A DNA stretch of 64,000 bases from Felis catus (lineage: Eukaryota), in NCBI RefSeq assembly GCF_018350175.1, contig NC_058368.1, forward strand, positions 151,282,001-151,346,000, given 5' to 3'. Below the pieces are notes generated by a model. It was given only the letters and a program-made list of their open reading frames with translations, did no database searches and was not told the DNA's origin. The position numbers and the translations under genes are program-made. Shown in pieces: positions 1-15,334 of the stretch (its first letter is position 1; each line of letters begins with the position of its first letter).

Positions 1-750
1 AGATAAAGACAGTGAGGACAATATAACATATCAACATGGCCCTGGATGAAACTGCAATGAAGAATATACTCTCAGTGACACAGGCTCCAGCTGCCTGCAA
101 TTAATCACTCTCACTTAATTAATCAATCAATTGAAGCTGATTGGGGTTGTGAAAAGAATGGAGTGATGCTGTGTTCAAGCTTCGGCTTTGCTGTTTACTA
201 GATGTGAGATCCTAGGCAATTTTTCTCACCTTCTAGAAACCCAGTTTTCAAATGAAATTGCTTGTAAAAGCATGCTGATAATGTCTACGTTCTCCAAATA
301 ATAATAACTGTTATTATCATTCATTTATAAGTAAAATATGGAGACTGGTCTTCATCTTAAGAGATCTATATCGAAAGGTTGTGTAGTGTATCAGAGTCTT
401 CATTCATTCAAAAATGAAAGTTTATGCACAATTTGAAGTAGGTGAGACACTGCTGGATGGTAGGAATATGGTATTTATAAATGAATATGAACGTTAATTT
501 TATCTGTAGAGGAAAATAATATAAAATGATACAGACGTTTTAGTTGCCTCTTCCAGGGCGTCTCTAGAAAAGAAGAGAGGGCCTTGGAGAAAGGAATGAC
601 CAGCTCAGAGCTGAGTCCAGTTTGCAAACGAGGGAATTAAACAAGAGACAAGTATTAGAAGGTACAGGTGCCAAAGAGAAGAAGTGAGATCTGTATTGCA
701 GGCCATGGCAGTGAAAATGAAGACAGTGGGTAAGTGTAAGAACTATTTTA

Positions 751-981
751 GGGGTGCCTGGGTGGGTCACCTGGTGAAGCGTCTGACTCTTGATTTTGGC
801 ATAGGTCATGATCTCATGGCTCGTGAGATCAAACCCCATGTTGGGTTCTGCACTATCAGTGCAGAGCCTGCTTGGGATTCTCTCTCTCTCCCTCTGTCGT
901 TCTGCCCCACCCCAGCTTGTGTGTGCATGCACGCTCTGTCTCTCTTTCAAAATAAATAAAAATTTTTAAAAATTAAAAAAA
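751..981 (+). mobile_element. Can-SINE (SINEC, older feliform subfamily)
   Basis: GGGGTGCCTGGGTGG head, tRNA-like body, (CT)n tract, AATAAA/A-rich tail. Confidence 0.93.
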
Positions 982-1749
982 CCCACAAAATAAAACAGCC
1001 TGGCCACCCCACTCCCAAAGGATCAGATGTCTTGCCAAAAACTTTTTTAAAAAAGTAACTATTTCATGTGAAGAACAAAGACTTGCCAATTTAGTGATTA
1101 AGGTTTTTGAAATGGTGGCAGTGGAAAATGGGATGTCAGTGATGCTGAAGGTTTGCACCTGGCTGATCTCAGAAAATGTATGAAGATGGAGTGGGGGAGG
1201 GAATGGAGGGAACGGTAGCAGACACTATGGTAACCAATTTAGGGAAAGCCCTTAACTTCACATAAATCATCTTACTTAATTCCCCCAAAGAATCGTGCCA
1301 GTTATTGCTATGCCTTTTTTTTTTCCAGATGACTAAACTAAAAATGAGCAAGGTTTTTTTTGTTTGTTTTTGTTTTTGTTTTTCCTTCACACTGGTAATT
1401 CTGACTAATACATACACAGAAGAACCAAAAAGGAAACCCAAGTGGTTATTTGGTCACTTTGATTAACATAGTTATTCTGTGCGGACAATTCAGGCCAAAA
1501 AGGACCACGCTACTTTGCTCACCAAATACCATGCAGTGACTGTGTTTGTGTGTAATAATGTGTGTTTGGAGAGGGAATTATTTGTACTACCGAAGCTTTC
1601 GTCTTTGTGTTGGGTTTATAACATTGACTTAACTCACACTTGGATGTGCCTGGAAAATGTAGTTCCAATATGTTGTCTATAACTACTTTGGTTCTCTTAC
1701 AAATTTAAAGTTCCTGTGTCATTTAAAATTAGGTCTGCTCCAATCATTA

Positions 1750-2520
1750 AAATAATCCCTTTAGATAATGCTGCCCCTTTAGGAAACCATGCTTTGTCTC
1801 CCAAATTTCTCAACCTTCTGTCTACTTCCAGGTACCCTTTCTAATTGGTGATTGGGTGATTGTGGTGGACGGGTAAGACTTTCATAGTCTAGGAGTGGTG
1901 GGGAAGAGCTAGCTAGCATCTTTGGGTGCGGAGTTCTTTTGATCCTCTGGTTTCCAGGCTGATGTCCTTTGTCTGCTATCTTGCTGGCACTCAGCTGATG
2001 TGGCACCTTTTATCTTGGCTTGGTCAACTTGCTCTTACCTTGGCTTTCTCTGCTTCATTCCCCATATTGCTCCCTGGCAGAAAACCTCAGTTGACCTTCT
2101 ACCATGGAGGCATTCTTGCTTGCTAGCTCTTAACTCAGCTGTCTTGTTAGTTCCCTATGGGGTTAGGGTGGGGTGCTGTGGGAATGCCTGGTTTCTATCC
2201 AGGCCACAGTGAAACAAAGTGGAGTCTAGGAAAGCCATTCCTCAAAGCTAATAGATGAACTCCCAGGAAGTGGATGTGGGGCAACCCCAGGGCGTGGGGG
2301 AGGTTGCATTCTAGTTGATATGGAATTTGAGGTTGCTCTTCCATTGGGTTTCCTGCACCTGACCACTAAGAAGAGTGAAAGCCAGAAAGGAAAGTTGGGA
2401 GGCAGTCTCAGATGGCTTTTCAAAGTCTACCACCCTCAGCCTCCAGAAACAGAAGGGGCTTTGCTTTGCTTCCCTCCCTCTTTGTCCTAAGCACACCTCC
2501 CTGAAAGCAGCTAGTTGTGC
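1750..2520. mobile_element. Probable old LTR-type relic (family not identified)
   Basis: Locally GC-elevated block with LTR-like texture; no diagnostic motif recognised. Confidence 0.3.
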
Positions 2521-4640
2521 GGCGTAGAGAGTTCATAGGTGGAAGGTCTCTTCTCTTCATAATGAAAATTATAGATTGCATCCTCGAGGCTGGGTCCGTG
2601 AAGTGTTAAGTAGGAACTAAAACATTTTAGCAAATCAAGGTACTCCCTACAAAGGCTTGCTCACAAATGAAGTTCTTATCCTTTCCTGATCCAGGGCAAT
2701 AAAGTTTCTGGCTGTACGTTGAAGGTGAGAAACTACAAAGACACATGACTTAGGGAATGTCATGAAATGCATCAGTTTCATATTTACAAAATACCATCCC
2801 TAATACAGTTTCATAGACACAACCAAAAGTCCAGAAATCTGTGTAGCCGAATGTGCAGTTTACACTGTCTAGCTTCTGGTAAAATTAACACCAGAATCAC
2901 TTTCTGATCCAATTTGTCTAGCAGGTAGGAAAGGTGGAGAGCTGATTTTATTGTGAGCTAAAAGTGGATAAATACTAGTAGATTATATTTAGAATACAGC
3001 CTGTAAAAAAGAAAAAAGAAAAAAGAAATACAACCATTGTGACAAAAAAACAAAACAAAACAAAGCAAAACAAAAAACAGGCAAACACTTCTTTTATCAA
3101 TAAATAACAAATTAACAAAAAGGTGATTTTTACAGTGTAATGTTCTTAAGCTGTTTTTAAACTGGCATTTTTAGAGATTGTTTTCTAAGTGTTTTGTCAG
3201 AAAAAAAAAGCTTTAGTAAATTTTATCTTACAATGCTACAGTTTAGAGTCTGTTTTATGTGATAGCAAAATAACCTCATTTATTTTATACTTTTTTTTCC
3301 CCCTTTAGATTTCACTATTTGTAGCAGGCCCCATCAAATAGAGGTGAAAATTAAATTATGGTAACATGAAAAGTGTACCTAGAAAATCATTCGAATTCTT
3401 TAATAAAAGCTCTACATTTGCTTTACTCAAAGGAATATTTCCTTCATGGTGCAAACTGATAATTAGAAGTATTGAATTAGATATTTGTACGAGAATAGTG
3501 GAAATTACCCATTATAGCACTGCATTATATCTCTTAGTTTTGGTATTCTATGCTAACTATGAGCCAAAATTTCCCCCCAATTCCAAACTCATCATAAAAG
3601 AAACACATATAATGGACCACATTTCCTAAAATAATCTCTGAAATTGTGGACACATTTATTCGTGTTAATGTGAGGTTTGCATTTTAATTTGGATGATGGT
3701 GTGTGGACTGCTTTTCTGAATAACTTCGTTTAAGGACAATGTGTAAGAACAGATAAAAGGCATTATAACATGAACCTTTCTCTTCTTTCCTTTGTGCACC
3801 GAACAGCGTAAGCTCAAAACCCTTTTCTTTATTGCACTTGTCAAACCTTAATGTTTAAAAGTTTTTCATCCAAATATACATATATAAAATTACATATAAC
3901 GGGTGGGAGAATTATGACAGTACTTGTTATATCCTCCTCCTCCATAATTAGATGTATATCTATTACTCAGATAAAAGTGTGGATCGGTAACTGCCTTAGT
4001 CTTATTTCTTGAGAGATGCCAGCTCCTCTTTCTTTCTTATGAACTTAGCAGTATAGATGTAATATTCTCACCCATGTAATATTATAGGCTATTTTTCTGT
4101 TGTTTTTGGTGCCTTAATCCGAAAAATAAAAATTTAAAGGTGATTTAAAAAAATTTCTTCCTCTACATGTTGTAACTTAGGCAACACCTCTGGAATGCAA
4201 TTTGCCTTGAGGAATTCAATACATTATTCTAATAGTGGGCAGAGGAAGAAGAAGGGTATTTACATATGATGCTTATAATTACTTTAATTTCAGTACTAGA
4301 ATGTGTCATCATTTCTGGAAAATTTTATTTTTTATTTTTGGGAAAAGGGGATCTTGTTGCCTGTGCACACACAGTAATTACTGCTTCTAATGGAAGATGT
4401 GTCTTAAACCTGAGCTTTCTAGCAACCAGGCCAGGGCACTGGTGACATTCTTTGACTCTCTCCCTCACCCTATCCTGTGAGTTGGTATACAGCTTATTAT
4501 CTGAAACTACAGGTATGTATCATTGTCAAAACCTTTTTCTTAAACACAGGAAAAATAATACATTCCTATACAGTTATGCCTTCACTTTGTAAAGTTTTAT
4601 AATAAAAGCAGCACTAATGAAAATGTGAAAATGAAGATCT

Positions 4641-5842
4641 CTTTTTTTTCTTCAGTTTTACTGAGAGATAATTGACAGACATTGCTGTCTAAGTTTAAGG
4701 CATACCGAATGATGGTTTGATTTACATATATTGTGAAATGATTGCCACAATAGGTTCTGCTAACATCTGTTATTTCCTAGAGTTACAATAAAAAGAAAGG
4801 AAAGAACAAAAGGAAAAAATTTTCTTCATATGATAAGAACTCACAGGATTTACTCTTAAAAACTTTCAACTGTATATCATAAAGCAGTGTTAAGTATAGT
4901 CATCATGTTGTACATCACATCCTTAGTATTATTTATCTTATAACTGGAAGTTTATGCCTTTTGACCACCTTCCTCCAATTCCCCCTCTCCCCACCTTGCA
5001 ATTCTGGTAACCACAAATCTGATGTCTTCTGCTATGAGTTTGGTGTTTTTTATTTTTGTATTTTAGATCCCACGTATAAGTGAAATCATATGGTATTTCT
5101 TTCTCTCTTATTTCACTTAGCATAGTGCCTTCAAGTTTCATCCATGTTGTCAAAAATGGTAGGATTTCCTCACTTTTATGGCTGAATAATATTCTATTCT
5201 ATATATATACATATATATATTATTCTGTTGTATATTGTGAGGTATATATTATATATATCAAAATTTCTCTCTCCACTCTTTTGTTGATAGAAATGTAGGT
5301 TGTTTTTATGTCTTGGCTATTGTAAGTAATGCTTCTGTGAACATAGAGGTGCAGGTATCTTTTCAAGTTAGTGTTTTCATTTCCTTTGGGTATATTTCCA
5401 GAAGTAGAATCGCTGGATCATATGATAGTTCTATTATTCAGTTTTTGAAGATCTTCTGTGCAGTTTTTCATGGTGGCTGTACCATTTTACAAGCTCACCA
5501 GCATGCACAAGAGTTCTCTTTCCTCACATCAGTGCCAGTATTTCTTATCTCCTGTCTTTTTGATGATGGCCATTCTAATAGGCGTGAAGTGAGATCTCAT
5601 TCTGGTTTTAATTTGCATTTCCCTAATTACTAGTTATGTTGAGCATCTTCTCATGTGTCCGTTGGCCTTTAGTGTATCTTCTTTGGAGAAATGTCTATTC
5701 AGGTCCATTGCCCTTTTTTTTTTTTAATTGGATTCTTTGGTTCTGTTGTTATTGAGTTGCATGAGTTCTTTATATATTTTGCATATTAACTCCTTATTAC
5801 ATACAGAGTTTGCAAATACTTTTCCTCATTCCACAAGTTGTC
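4641..5842 (-). mobile_element. LINE-1 3' end (ORF2 tail + 3'UTR), L1MA9/L1_Carn-like
   Basis: Minus-strand peptide MTTWMKLEGTMLSEI (L1 ORF2 C-terminus), typical L1 3'UTR, T-rich tail at left end. Confidence 0.9.
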
Positions 5843-8800
5843 TAAAATCTCCTTTTTTTTTTAACACACCATCCTTTATGTGGCCTAAGAAGGAATTAGT
5901 TAACATGATTTTTAATTTATTTCAAGACCTATGGAAAGAAACTAGCTTTCTAGAATGTACATGGTTGAGGATTGTACAGAAATAAATATCTCCCCCTTGG
6001 AATTTAAATTGTATCTAGTAGTACTATTTTTATACCTCTTAGTAGGAAATGAAATACCTCTAAATTTAGTGCTTTGGAATTTTATTTCCACTAAAAATTT
6101 CTTCAGATATGTGAGCACCATAGTAACAGCTTTGCAAGCTGATTCTTCATTACAGTTCCCCGATAAGAGCTTCACTCAAGACAGTTCCTTTGGGATGGCT
6201 GAGACTAAAAATCAATTCTGATAACATTAGAACAAATTTAAAGATGGGGAAAAAAAAAACCAGTCAGAAAGCATGCATGCTGTGGATAAACAGTGCTTCC
6301 CTTAAAAAAAATTTTTTTTTGGTCAAAAGCTAAAAATGCATTTTTTTCAAAACTTCATTTCTTGTATTATTTTGTATCTAGGTAGGACTTTTTACCTCTT
6401 AGGAAAAAATAGCTCTTTTACCAGAGATGGGAAAAAGTCAGCCGAGTTTATTTATGGCATAGGTGTAGGTCTTTTGCATGCTTTACAATGACAAGGTTTT
6501 TACAAAACCTACCAGTAAGGAATAGGGGGTGTGAAAAAGTGAATGCAATGAGTCTATTTTAATAAAAAAGTAAATAATTCATTACTTTTGAGAAAATAAT
6601 TGCATTTTAAAAACCATGTAGTACACTAGACTGAGCTCTGATCATCTTAGAAAGAAGTCTGTCAAAATAAATCAGGTTGATAACTGATTAGCAGAACGTG
6701 TAGTCTGTCATTTTTAAATATGTGACCAATTTCTTCACATAAATCTTACCTTTAAAATCTTCAAGGGGAAAATTTATTTTGGACACATTGGTCATGAATA
6801 TCAGTTGACATTTATACCGTGCACAGAATTTATACTGTGGGTTAGGATGTCGGCCATAATTTTAGGCTGATAGTTTGTAAAGGGAAGATTCCATTTTGTA
6901 CTGTTTATAAAACGTTACTCTGCATTTCCACGCTCCAAGACTAACAAAGTCTATCCAAGTAGAGTCAAGCGCTGCAGTTTAACTTATTGCATTCATTAAG
7001 CTAGGCTTAGATTGTCCTAATTACATGTTATCAACAATTAAGAAATGGATCACATGCCACAGACTGGCTCAAACATTCTGTGTTCTTGGCTGGACGCCAG
7101 TGGAGGTGCCAAGTTCCATTCTACCTTGTCATCAGCTGCATCTCTGCTTTTGCAGTACAAGCAGCAGCTGTGCTAGACAAAATAATCTAAATTCTCACAT
7201 GTACTTTTCCTTTAGGAAATAGCTCACACTGAATTGCATTTCTGGTGACTGGTGCTACACCTGAGTGAGTTTGTGCTGAAAACATATTTTATGCAAATGT
7301 AATTTTTAACTGATACAGTATTTCGTGACTTGTGAATACATTTGTCCTATCAAAATAATGGTCTTACGTTTCATGCTGAAATTATTACCAAATGGATTCT
7401 GTGGGCAGCAAAGTACTCTTTGCTCATTCGGCAATGATTTTCCTATACCTCAAATTACATAATTTTATAGGTGCTCTGTTTCAAAGGAAAACAATCTTTA
7501 TTGATCCAGGCAGTCAGAGTTAATCATGGATCTCTGATCTCAAAACTCCTGGCAAAATCCTTTTATTCAGAACACCCGTGTGCCAGACGCTCAACACTTC
7601 ACAAATCCTTGTGGGATGATGGGTTTTTCAAACAGTCTGATTGTTCAATCTAGTGTGGCTTCTGAAAGTGGAGATTCAGCAAGGCTTTCCCCTGAGCAGA
7701 GGCAGGCCCAGCCAATTTTATGAAGAGCTAAATTTGACCCAGCTTTTGCTTCAAATTGTCATTCTTGTTCTTGGTAACGTAAAAATGGATTTCCTAAGTT
7801 GCTCTGTCCATGTGTTTGATAGAAGACCTTGGAGTAGCAGGTGTGTATCGATCGCAGCAGGGGCAGAGGGCAGTGGTGCCAGGATGCCATGCTAGGTAAA
7901 TAAACCCTAACAGCCCAAGGTCATTTGCTCCTGGAGAAGATTCTGTAAAAGACACAATCTTGGAAAGCTGGTTTCCATAAGAAGAAACAACTTTAAAGTT
8001 CACCACAGAGCTTTCCTATGAGTTGACATGTGTTTTCAGGTTACCAAGAAAACTGGCTCTTAAAAGCTTTACTTCATCCTACATGAATCAAGGTAGAGGG
8101 ATCATGCTAAGTCCTTAATTAGAAAGAGAAGATACCAAAGAAATTCAAAAGACCCAGGCAAGGTCTTTAATTCACATACAACTTGTGCTGTGCCATTTTG
8201 TGATAGCATCTGCGGAGACCAGTTCTTACTGGGCAATTTAACTTTTCAAATTTTACTTTACACTAGGAAATCCTTTACAAGTCACAGAAATATGCCACGA
8301 AGCTCTTTTGCCAAAACCACTTCCCGGAATAATAATTTCCTTTGATTTCAGAAAAGATTTTCCTCTCTTTTCCTTTAGTAGATAATCTATTTAGAGATTC
8401 AGGTGAGAGCTCTCAGGGGAGAATCTAATCTGTTTGATCTGGATAATATATTAGTCCTCTCTGCTCAGAAGCCAACCAAATAGTCTTATTATCTATTTGC
8501 ATCCTCTCTCTCCCTCATCTCTCTGCTCTTGGTGTAATACGTGTACCAGGCCATAACATACGAAAGGTAAGTCTAAGTACTCAGTTTTTCCTGGCCATTG
8601 GCTAACAGAGTCTTGACCAGATAACACATTGGTAGTGGGTTTGCCTGTTTGAGTCACCATGGCCTCCTGGGCACCCAGAGCAGTGTCTGCTCCCATAGGT
8701 TCTTAGTGACTGTTTGCTGACTGAGACTCTCTTCTGGCCGCTTTCTTTATATATAACCTGCCATCTAGATACATCTTTTGCTCTGCTTGTGATTTTTCAC

Positions 8801-9732
8801 TCTTTGGGGGAGTTCCTCTAAAGATATTCGGACTTTTTTTGAGTGGTTAAATTTCCCTTTCCTCTTCAGATTTACTTTCCTTCTGGTCTTTTGTTAGAAA
8901 CAACTTTTTTCCCCCCTCATGTACTTCTTTATTGTCTATTACTTTTCTTACATCTTTTCTCTTTTGAAACAGACTCTCTGGCTTTCATTGTCAGATTTTT
9001 TTTTTCTCCTTTTATTCTCTTTCATGTTACCATTTAGGCAGAGGCCAAGTTACTGGGACAGCTGCTCTCTGTGACCTCCTCTAGACTTTGCTGACCACAT
9101 CACCAACTGGCAGGGTGTGGCCCCTTAAGGTCTTCCAGGAGACTTGCTTCCAAATGGAAATAATGGAGTAACATTTTTGAGTTATAATTTATGATCTCCC
9201 TGAGAGAATTCCAGTCATCTTAAGCATTTTCAAGCACATGTATTATGTATATTACTTTAGTAAAATTCTGAATCTTAAAATTAAGTCTACTTCATATGGA
9301 AACTGAATGTAAATACATGATTCAGATAATGGTCATTGGTTAATAATAGCATGAGAAAGAAGCCCTTTCACCTGGAAGTATGCCCTTCTTCCAGGAAGCT
9401 ATTCTTGGTAGAAGACTGTCTTGTCTTTCCTTTGAAAACTCAAAAGAATTTTTATTATATTCTTGTCTATTGTCTTATGACTTATACAGCTACTGAATTG
9501 AGTCAAATCCTGTTCTTTCACCAGCTTGCTCCTTCTCAGCCACATATACACACAAATATATACATATGCTTATATGTTGTAGTGGGAAAAAATTTTTTTG
9601 GCTTATTTTTATAATTTGGAAGAGATCTGTTTTTTCCTATCATAGGAGTAAGGGTTAGTTTGGTTTTGCTTCAAAATATGTAGGACTAGAACCAGAGTAT
9701 AGTTGATCACTACCAAGAAACATTTCTGTCTC

Positions 9733-9933
9733 TTTTTCAAAATGTTTATTTATTTTGAGAGAGAGAGAGTGAGAAGGGAGGAACAGAAAGAGAGGGAGAG
9801 AGAGAATCCCAAGCAGGCTCCGAACTGTCAGCACAGAGCCCAAAGCAGGGGCTCCATCTGGAGACAGAGAAATCATGAGGTAAGCTGAAATCACGAGTCT
9901 GAAACTTAACCGACTGAGCCACCCAGGTGCTCC
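9733..9933 (-). mobile_element. Can-SINE
   Basis: TTTATTTATTTTGAGAGAGA tail ... GAGCCACCCAGGTGC head on the + strand. Confidence 0.92.
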
Positions 9934-10579
9934 CTCCTCCCCACCCCCCTTTTTTTATTTGAGAGCCCAATGGTCGTTTTTGTCACTCCCATTCTTCTCC
10001 ATTTCATCACAACCTTCTCTTCAGCTGCTGTGCAATAAAAAACATGTGTGAATACTTGCTGGTACTTCCGTGGGGGGAAGCCTAACTACTTAGGGGAGTA
10101 CACAGGACAAAGGGAGGCCCTTTACACTCTGTAGCCTGCAGGACAAATCACTGAAATCCTCTTAGATATTAGAGGGGAATATCCTGAGCTATTCTGAAAT
10201 CTCAAAAGGACTAACAAAGTTCATTCCATTTGTCATTGAAATGTGACAGTGATATAGAACAAAACCTTTCCGCAGTGGGGGCTGGCTGCACCGAATTCCT
10301 TTTGCAACAAGGAAATTAGGTCAGAAGAAATTTAGGTCAACACCTTACAGAAATGCCCCCATGCCTGAAAGGAGCCAGGAGAACTTAAAATGTTACAAAC
10401 AGAAAGGTTATTGTTTTTATATTTAATTTGAAAAATGGTACCTTCCAAAGCTTAGTGTGATATAAACTCAGTTATGATTCAGCAAAGAAAATTACCTCTT
10501 GCATTACCAGCACTGCTCCTGATAAATCAAGGGGCAATCCTGAGGCACTTCTAACCAAGCCCAGCCCGGTCAACTCACT

Positions 10580-11270
10580 TTAATCATGCAGTTCAAGAAA
10601 TATTTATCAAGCATTCATTATTGTCAGTGAACCTATTAGATAATTTAAAGGTTATAAAGATTAATAAGCACTCCTCCCACCAACTCCATTTTTGCCATTA
10701 ATAAGCTTATAAGCTAAAGAGGAGAAGGTTAGGGGTGCATGAAAGTGCAATAAAAAACTGTAATTCATTGATTCACTCAACATACAGCAAAGGAGCTCCT
10801 GTGTGCCAAGAACTCTGAAAAGTGACATACAAGAGTTAAAGCAAACTGATTCTGGATGGATAGGGAAAGAGACTGGGTCAGTTTGGGGTGGGCAGAAAGG
10901 AATAATTTCTTGAGAAAAGGGCAGTTTAAGTGAACTTTCAGTGGTGTCATTTCAGCAGATGGTGATCTGCAAGAGTTTCCCGAATGGAAGCTGCACACGG
11001 GTGCGCTTGTACCTGGAGGAGGGAAATCATGTAGAAGCAGTGGCTGAGAACTTTAGGAAGGGAGAACATTCATGCAAAGACAAATTGGTGGAAATGAATA
11101 TGTTGTATATAGCGGACAACACTGAGCATAGAAACCAGAAATTGAAGTAGTTAGAAAAGGTGAATTGGAATCCTATTTAGACATACCTTGAATGCCAGAC
11201 TGGGGAGTGGCATGCATAGGGCGAACCATTGCATGCCCTGGATTCTGGTGACTTTGATGGCTCTTCTGAC
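10580..11270 (-). mobile_element. L2 relic(s)
   Basis: CATTCA/TTCATT-type L2 3' end followed by purine-rich L2-like body. Confidence 0.55.
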
Positions 11271-12229
11271 CAATTAGATGGCTGAATAAAGTCTAGCAAT
11301 GTTAAACCATAAAGCCTGACCCATTGTCCTACAGTGTGTCTAAGATATAAGGTTACTTGAGCAGCATCTTATACTATAAATGTAGAATATATTTTTTCAA
11401 AAAGAAACAAGTGGAACTTTACTAAATCTACTTTTAAAAAGTATCTTAACTGGAGCCTAATTTGGTGTTTGGCCAGTTTAAACAAACAAAAAAAAATGAA
11501 AGAGAAATATACAAAATGAGCATATTTTTATTTTCATTGGTTATGTGACCACCTTCTCACTACATACATCAGTTAGCAAAGTCTGCTTTCAGCAGTGGAA
11601 ATTTCATTATCACATCTAATTCTGGTTTGGTAGCACATTAAACTTTCAAACAGTTAATGACTCTGGTTTTCTTTCTGTGCAGCTTTACCTTTCATAAAAG
11701 TACCGGCAAGAGGAAAGAAATGACAGTAAGACTGAATTATGAACTTTAAAAAGTTGAGAACAAGTAACTACTTGTACTGTGAAAGCTGCTCTCTCTGCTC
11801 TTGATTAACTGTCTGCAATAGGTCAGTGGTGAGCGCTGTGTGCTGGGGCGATGATTGTTGTAGCAGACAGGCAGGTGGGGGGCCCAAAGGGAGGAGTTTC
11901 TTTTAGGCTTCTTTTTAATACAGGGATTATCCAAATTCTGCTTTAATAAAATGGCTTATATCCTAGACTTACTTCCAATATCATCTGTACATCATAATTA
12001 ACTTCATGTGTGTGTTTGTGTTGGGAGGGAGAGGGAGAGATTGTATGTATGTGTGTATGTGAATATGTGTGTGTATGTAAATATACATATATATTTCACA
12101 ATATGTAAGCTGTAGCTATATGCATAGTTTCACCTGTAATACATGCACGCACACGTGCACACATACACACACACACAGTGATTTAGACATTGATCTCCTA
12201 TTGCATTTTCTCCATTGAAGTAAGTACTA

Positions 12230-12350
12230 ATATCCCTCTGTTTTAGAGGAGTTTGAGGCTCGGAGCAGTTAACTAAGGTAACTTGCCTCAAGTAAAAACA
12301 CTGGAAAGCAGTGGAATTCCATTTGGGGGCCTGACTGAATCCCCTAGTCC
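12230..12350 (-). mobile_element. MIR fragment
   Basis: tttagaggag..tgaggctcggag..taacttgcctcaagt resembles the MIR core. Confidence 0.55.
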
Positions 12351-12417
12351 AGAACTTACTCCTCTCTTCTTTTCTCCCCTTGCTCCTTGCCTTCCTCTTA
12401 TTCTTCCCTTTCTGGTA

Positions 12418-12695
12418 TTTTATTTTTATTATTTATTTTATTTTATTTTATTTTATTTTATTTTATTTTATTTTATTTATTTTATTTATTTTTTGAGAGA
12501 GAGTGCTCACATGTACGTGCTAGTAGGAGGGAAGTGGGCAGAAGCAGAGGGAGAGAGAGAGAATCTTAAGTGGGCTCCATGCTCCCTCCACTCCAGTGGA
12601 GCCTGACACAGGGCCTAATCCCACCACCCTGGGATCATGATTTCAGCTGAAATCAAGATTTGGACGCTCAACTGACTGAACCACCCAGGCGCCCC
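12418..12695 (-). mobile_element. Can-SINE with long (TTTTA)n tail
   Basis: Head CCACCCAGGCGCCCC ending at 12695; TSD tctggtatttta (12411) / tctggtctttta (12696), 1 mismatch. Confidence 0.93.
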
Positions 12696-15334
12696 TCTGG
12701 TCTTTTACTGAAGGATCAAATAGTTCACAAAGGAAATACAGTAAAGTAAGTAAAAATGACTTAAACCTGCTAAAAAAAGATATCACACAGCCAAAGTGAA
12801 AGACTGGGATAAAAAAGAAAACACGATGAGGCTAGATGTGAATTTAATAACAATGATGAGTGATTTCCTAGCAGCCAAGCTAATGAAAGAAACTAGAACA
12901 ACATTTACTCAAAAGTGACGAAAACAATGTCACCATTTATACGGCTTGTTTTTTATGGTGGTTTTGATTATGGTATTCAGAATAAGTCTCTGATGATCAG
13001 GCTTCATTTCTCACTTTACCATTATAACCTCATGTATACGTTCATGCCTGTTGCCCACACAGACACTTTGGGGCAAAGAAACAAAATATTGAGGAATGGG
13101 TCCATACCTCTGACTGAGTGTTCATCCTTACTGAGGAGATAGGAAGGCACCTCTGAGAAATAACTGTCAAGTAAGGGGGTTGATCTGAGGCTTTGTGTTG
13201 AGAATCTTTCTGTCACAGGCATGCACAGGCATGTGGGTGTGAGTGTGCCTCTGTGTGTGCCTTTCAACATTCTGTTCTTTGTCTTTCTCTCTTTGCCTGC
13301 CATTAATTATTATTATTCTCACTGTAGTTCACAAAAAAGCCTTTCTACATACCTGCGGTTATTTCACAATTCTGTACCGTTATCATCTAGACTTTTCCAC
13401 ATTCTGGGAATGGAGTGTTTACATCAGGAACATTTGTAATCACAGATGAATGCCATTTTGTGCCTTGGTTGGATGACTCACAGAGATGAGTGTTTTCAAG
13501 AAGAACTTGCAGACTGAAGATCTGCTATAGGGAGTAGAAAACAAAGGTATGACCTTAGGCCTAACCCTGGCTCCAAGTGTTGTTAGACTTGCTTTTAGTT
13601 CGTAAAGGAAAACGTGGACTTCAGGTTAATGTTGTTTGAGTGCTTGCAATACTTTTTCAAGGGACTATGATAAAATAATTTTCTCTCTTGTCTGCCTTCA
13701 TATATATACTCTATAGGGAATAATAATTACAGAAAAATTGCTCTTCCTCTTTATTAAATCCAATTTGATAAAAAAAAACTTGCTGTCTAGAAAAAAATAC
13801 TAAAAATGAGTTTTACTGTCCTGATTTGTTTTTACAGAAATAGTGTCAATCCAATAGAACTGAAAGAGAGATCAAAATATTCTTAACATTCATTCTGAAT
13901 CTAACATTCTCCAGTAAATCAGAGAATCAGGCTCCATAAAAACCACTAAGCAAACTAGGTCACAGATAACAAGGTAGCAATTAAAATGACTATATCAATT
14001 ATTTGGTTATGTTATTTCTTAATATTTCACTCTGTAGGATATTTTATATAGGACCCCCATTTAATACTCTGTTTTAAAGAGAAAACTATTTTTTAACATA
14101 AAAAACTATTTATAGAATCATTTAAAACATGATAAATGAAAAAAGAGCATCATTAAAAAAGAGGTAGGGAAAATTACCAGCAAACTCTCATTTAGTAATC
14201 TCTTCAACTAAATTATAGTCAATGTGGTAAATAACAAATCTAAAATGTTATGTTGAGGAATATCATTTGGAACATTCTAGTTTCCCTTATCTCTGTTCTA
14301 GGAAATATGCTTCCTCCAAGAGATGGTTTCATGCTGCATTTTGCACCAGTGCTTTTTCCATTGTATCTTCCTTTCTTAAGCCTAGATTAACCTATTAATT
14401 TAAAAAGCCATATCTTTTATAATGTGTTTGGAAACCAAGCCTGAGGAACCAGAGACTTGCACAAGTGATTTTATTGAGTGTGTTCTGTTTATCTGACTGT
14501 CACTATTTGCTCCTTATAATTAAATCCTTATGTCCCCACAAAAGACAAAATCATGCACTGCGTATTGCAGTACATACAATAAAATGGGTCGTTTTTAACT
14601 TTTCCACTACTACCAAAGCTCTTGGTGGCCTTCTGGAGCCACTTCCCCTGAACTTATGGACATTTGTTTGGCTGTAGGATGGAAGTCAACAGGAGAGAGA
14701 GTTTCAAAAACATTAAAGAGCTGAATAAGGTTTCACTGATTCAGCATTTGTCCTCCTTGCACTAGCATTCACTGGCATTTTTTTTCTAAAAGGAAAATAT
14801 TAGGGAAAGTATATTCTGCCAGATTCCTGGCTGCATGCTGGAGCATACAGATTTGGCCCTTGCCCTTGGGGAGTTCTCTTTCTTTTGGGAAAGAAGACAC
14901 ATGCCCAGATCACTATGATCTCAGGTAAGTGAGGTGATGGTGGTATGGACAGTGTGCAGCCAGCAGAGAGGAGAAGCTCCTCAGCTGGCCAGGAGCTGGG
15001 CATGTTGGGGGGTGAGAAAGTCAGGGACAGCTTCCTGGTTGTGAATCCGTGCCTGGGTCTCCGTTGCAGTTGGACAGATTAAAGGAGGGGAGGAGTTATG
15101 TGGGGGAAGGAAGGACATCCTCACTGGCAAAGGGAGGTCAAGATAAAAGGCAAAGTAGGAGAATTCTAAGCAAATAGTAGAAGGACTTTCTTCTACTACT
15201 TAATAGATTCTTTTATTTGCAGAAGAATCCAGTGGAGAGTGAAGAGTTAAGAAATACCCCTTTAACCCCTCTAGTCTTTTCCATTGAAAAAGAAAGGATG
15301 GCATATCATCAACATTTCTTCAGATTGTGATGTG

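Noticed and set aside
564..959. 128-aa and 91-aa ORFs
   Set aside because: They run through a Can-SINE; the same peptide types recur at every SINE in the window
4938..5985. Cluster of ORFs
   Set aside because: L1 ORF2 tail and antisense read-through of a dead L1
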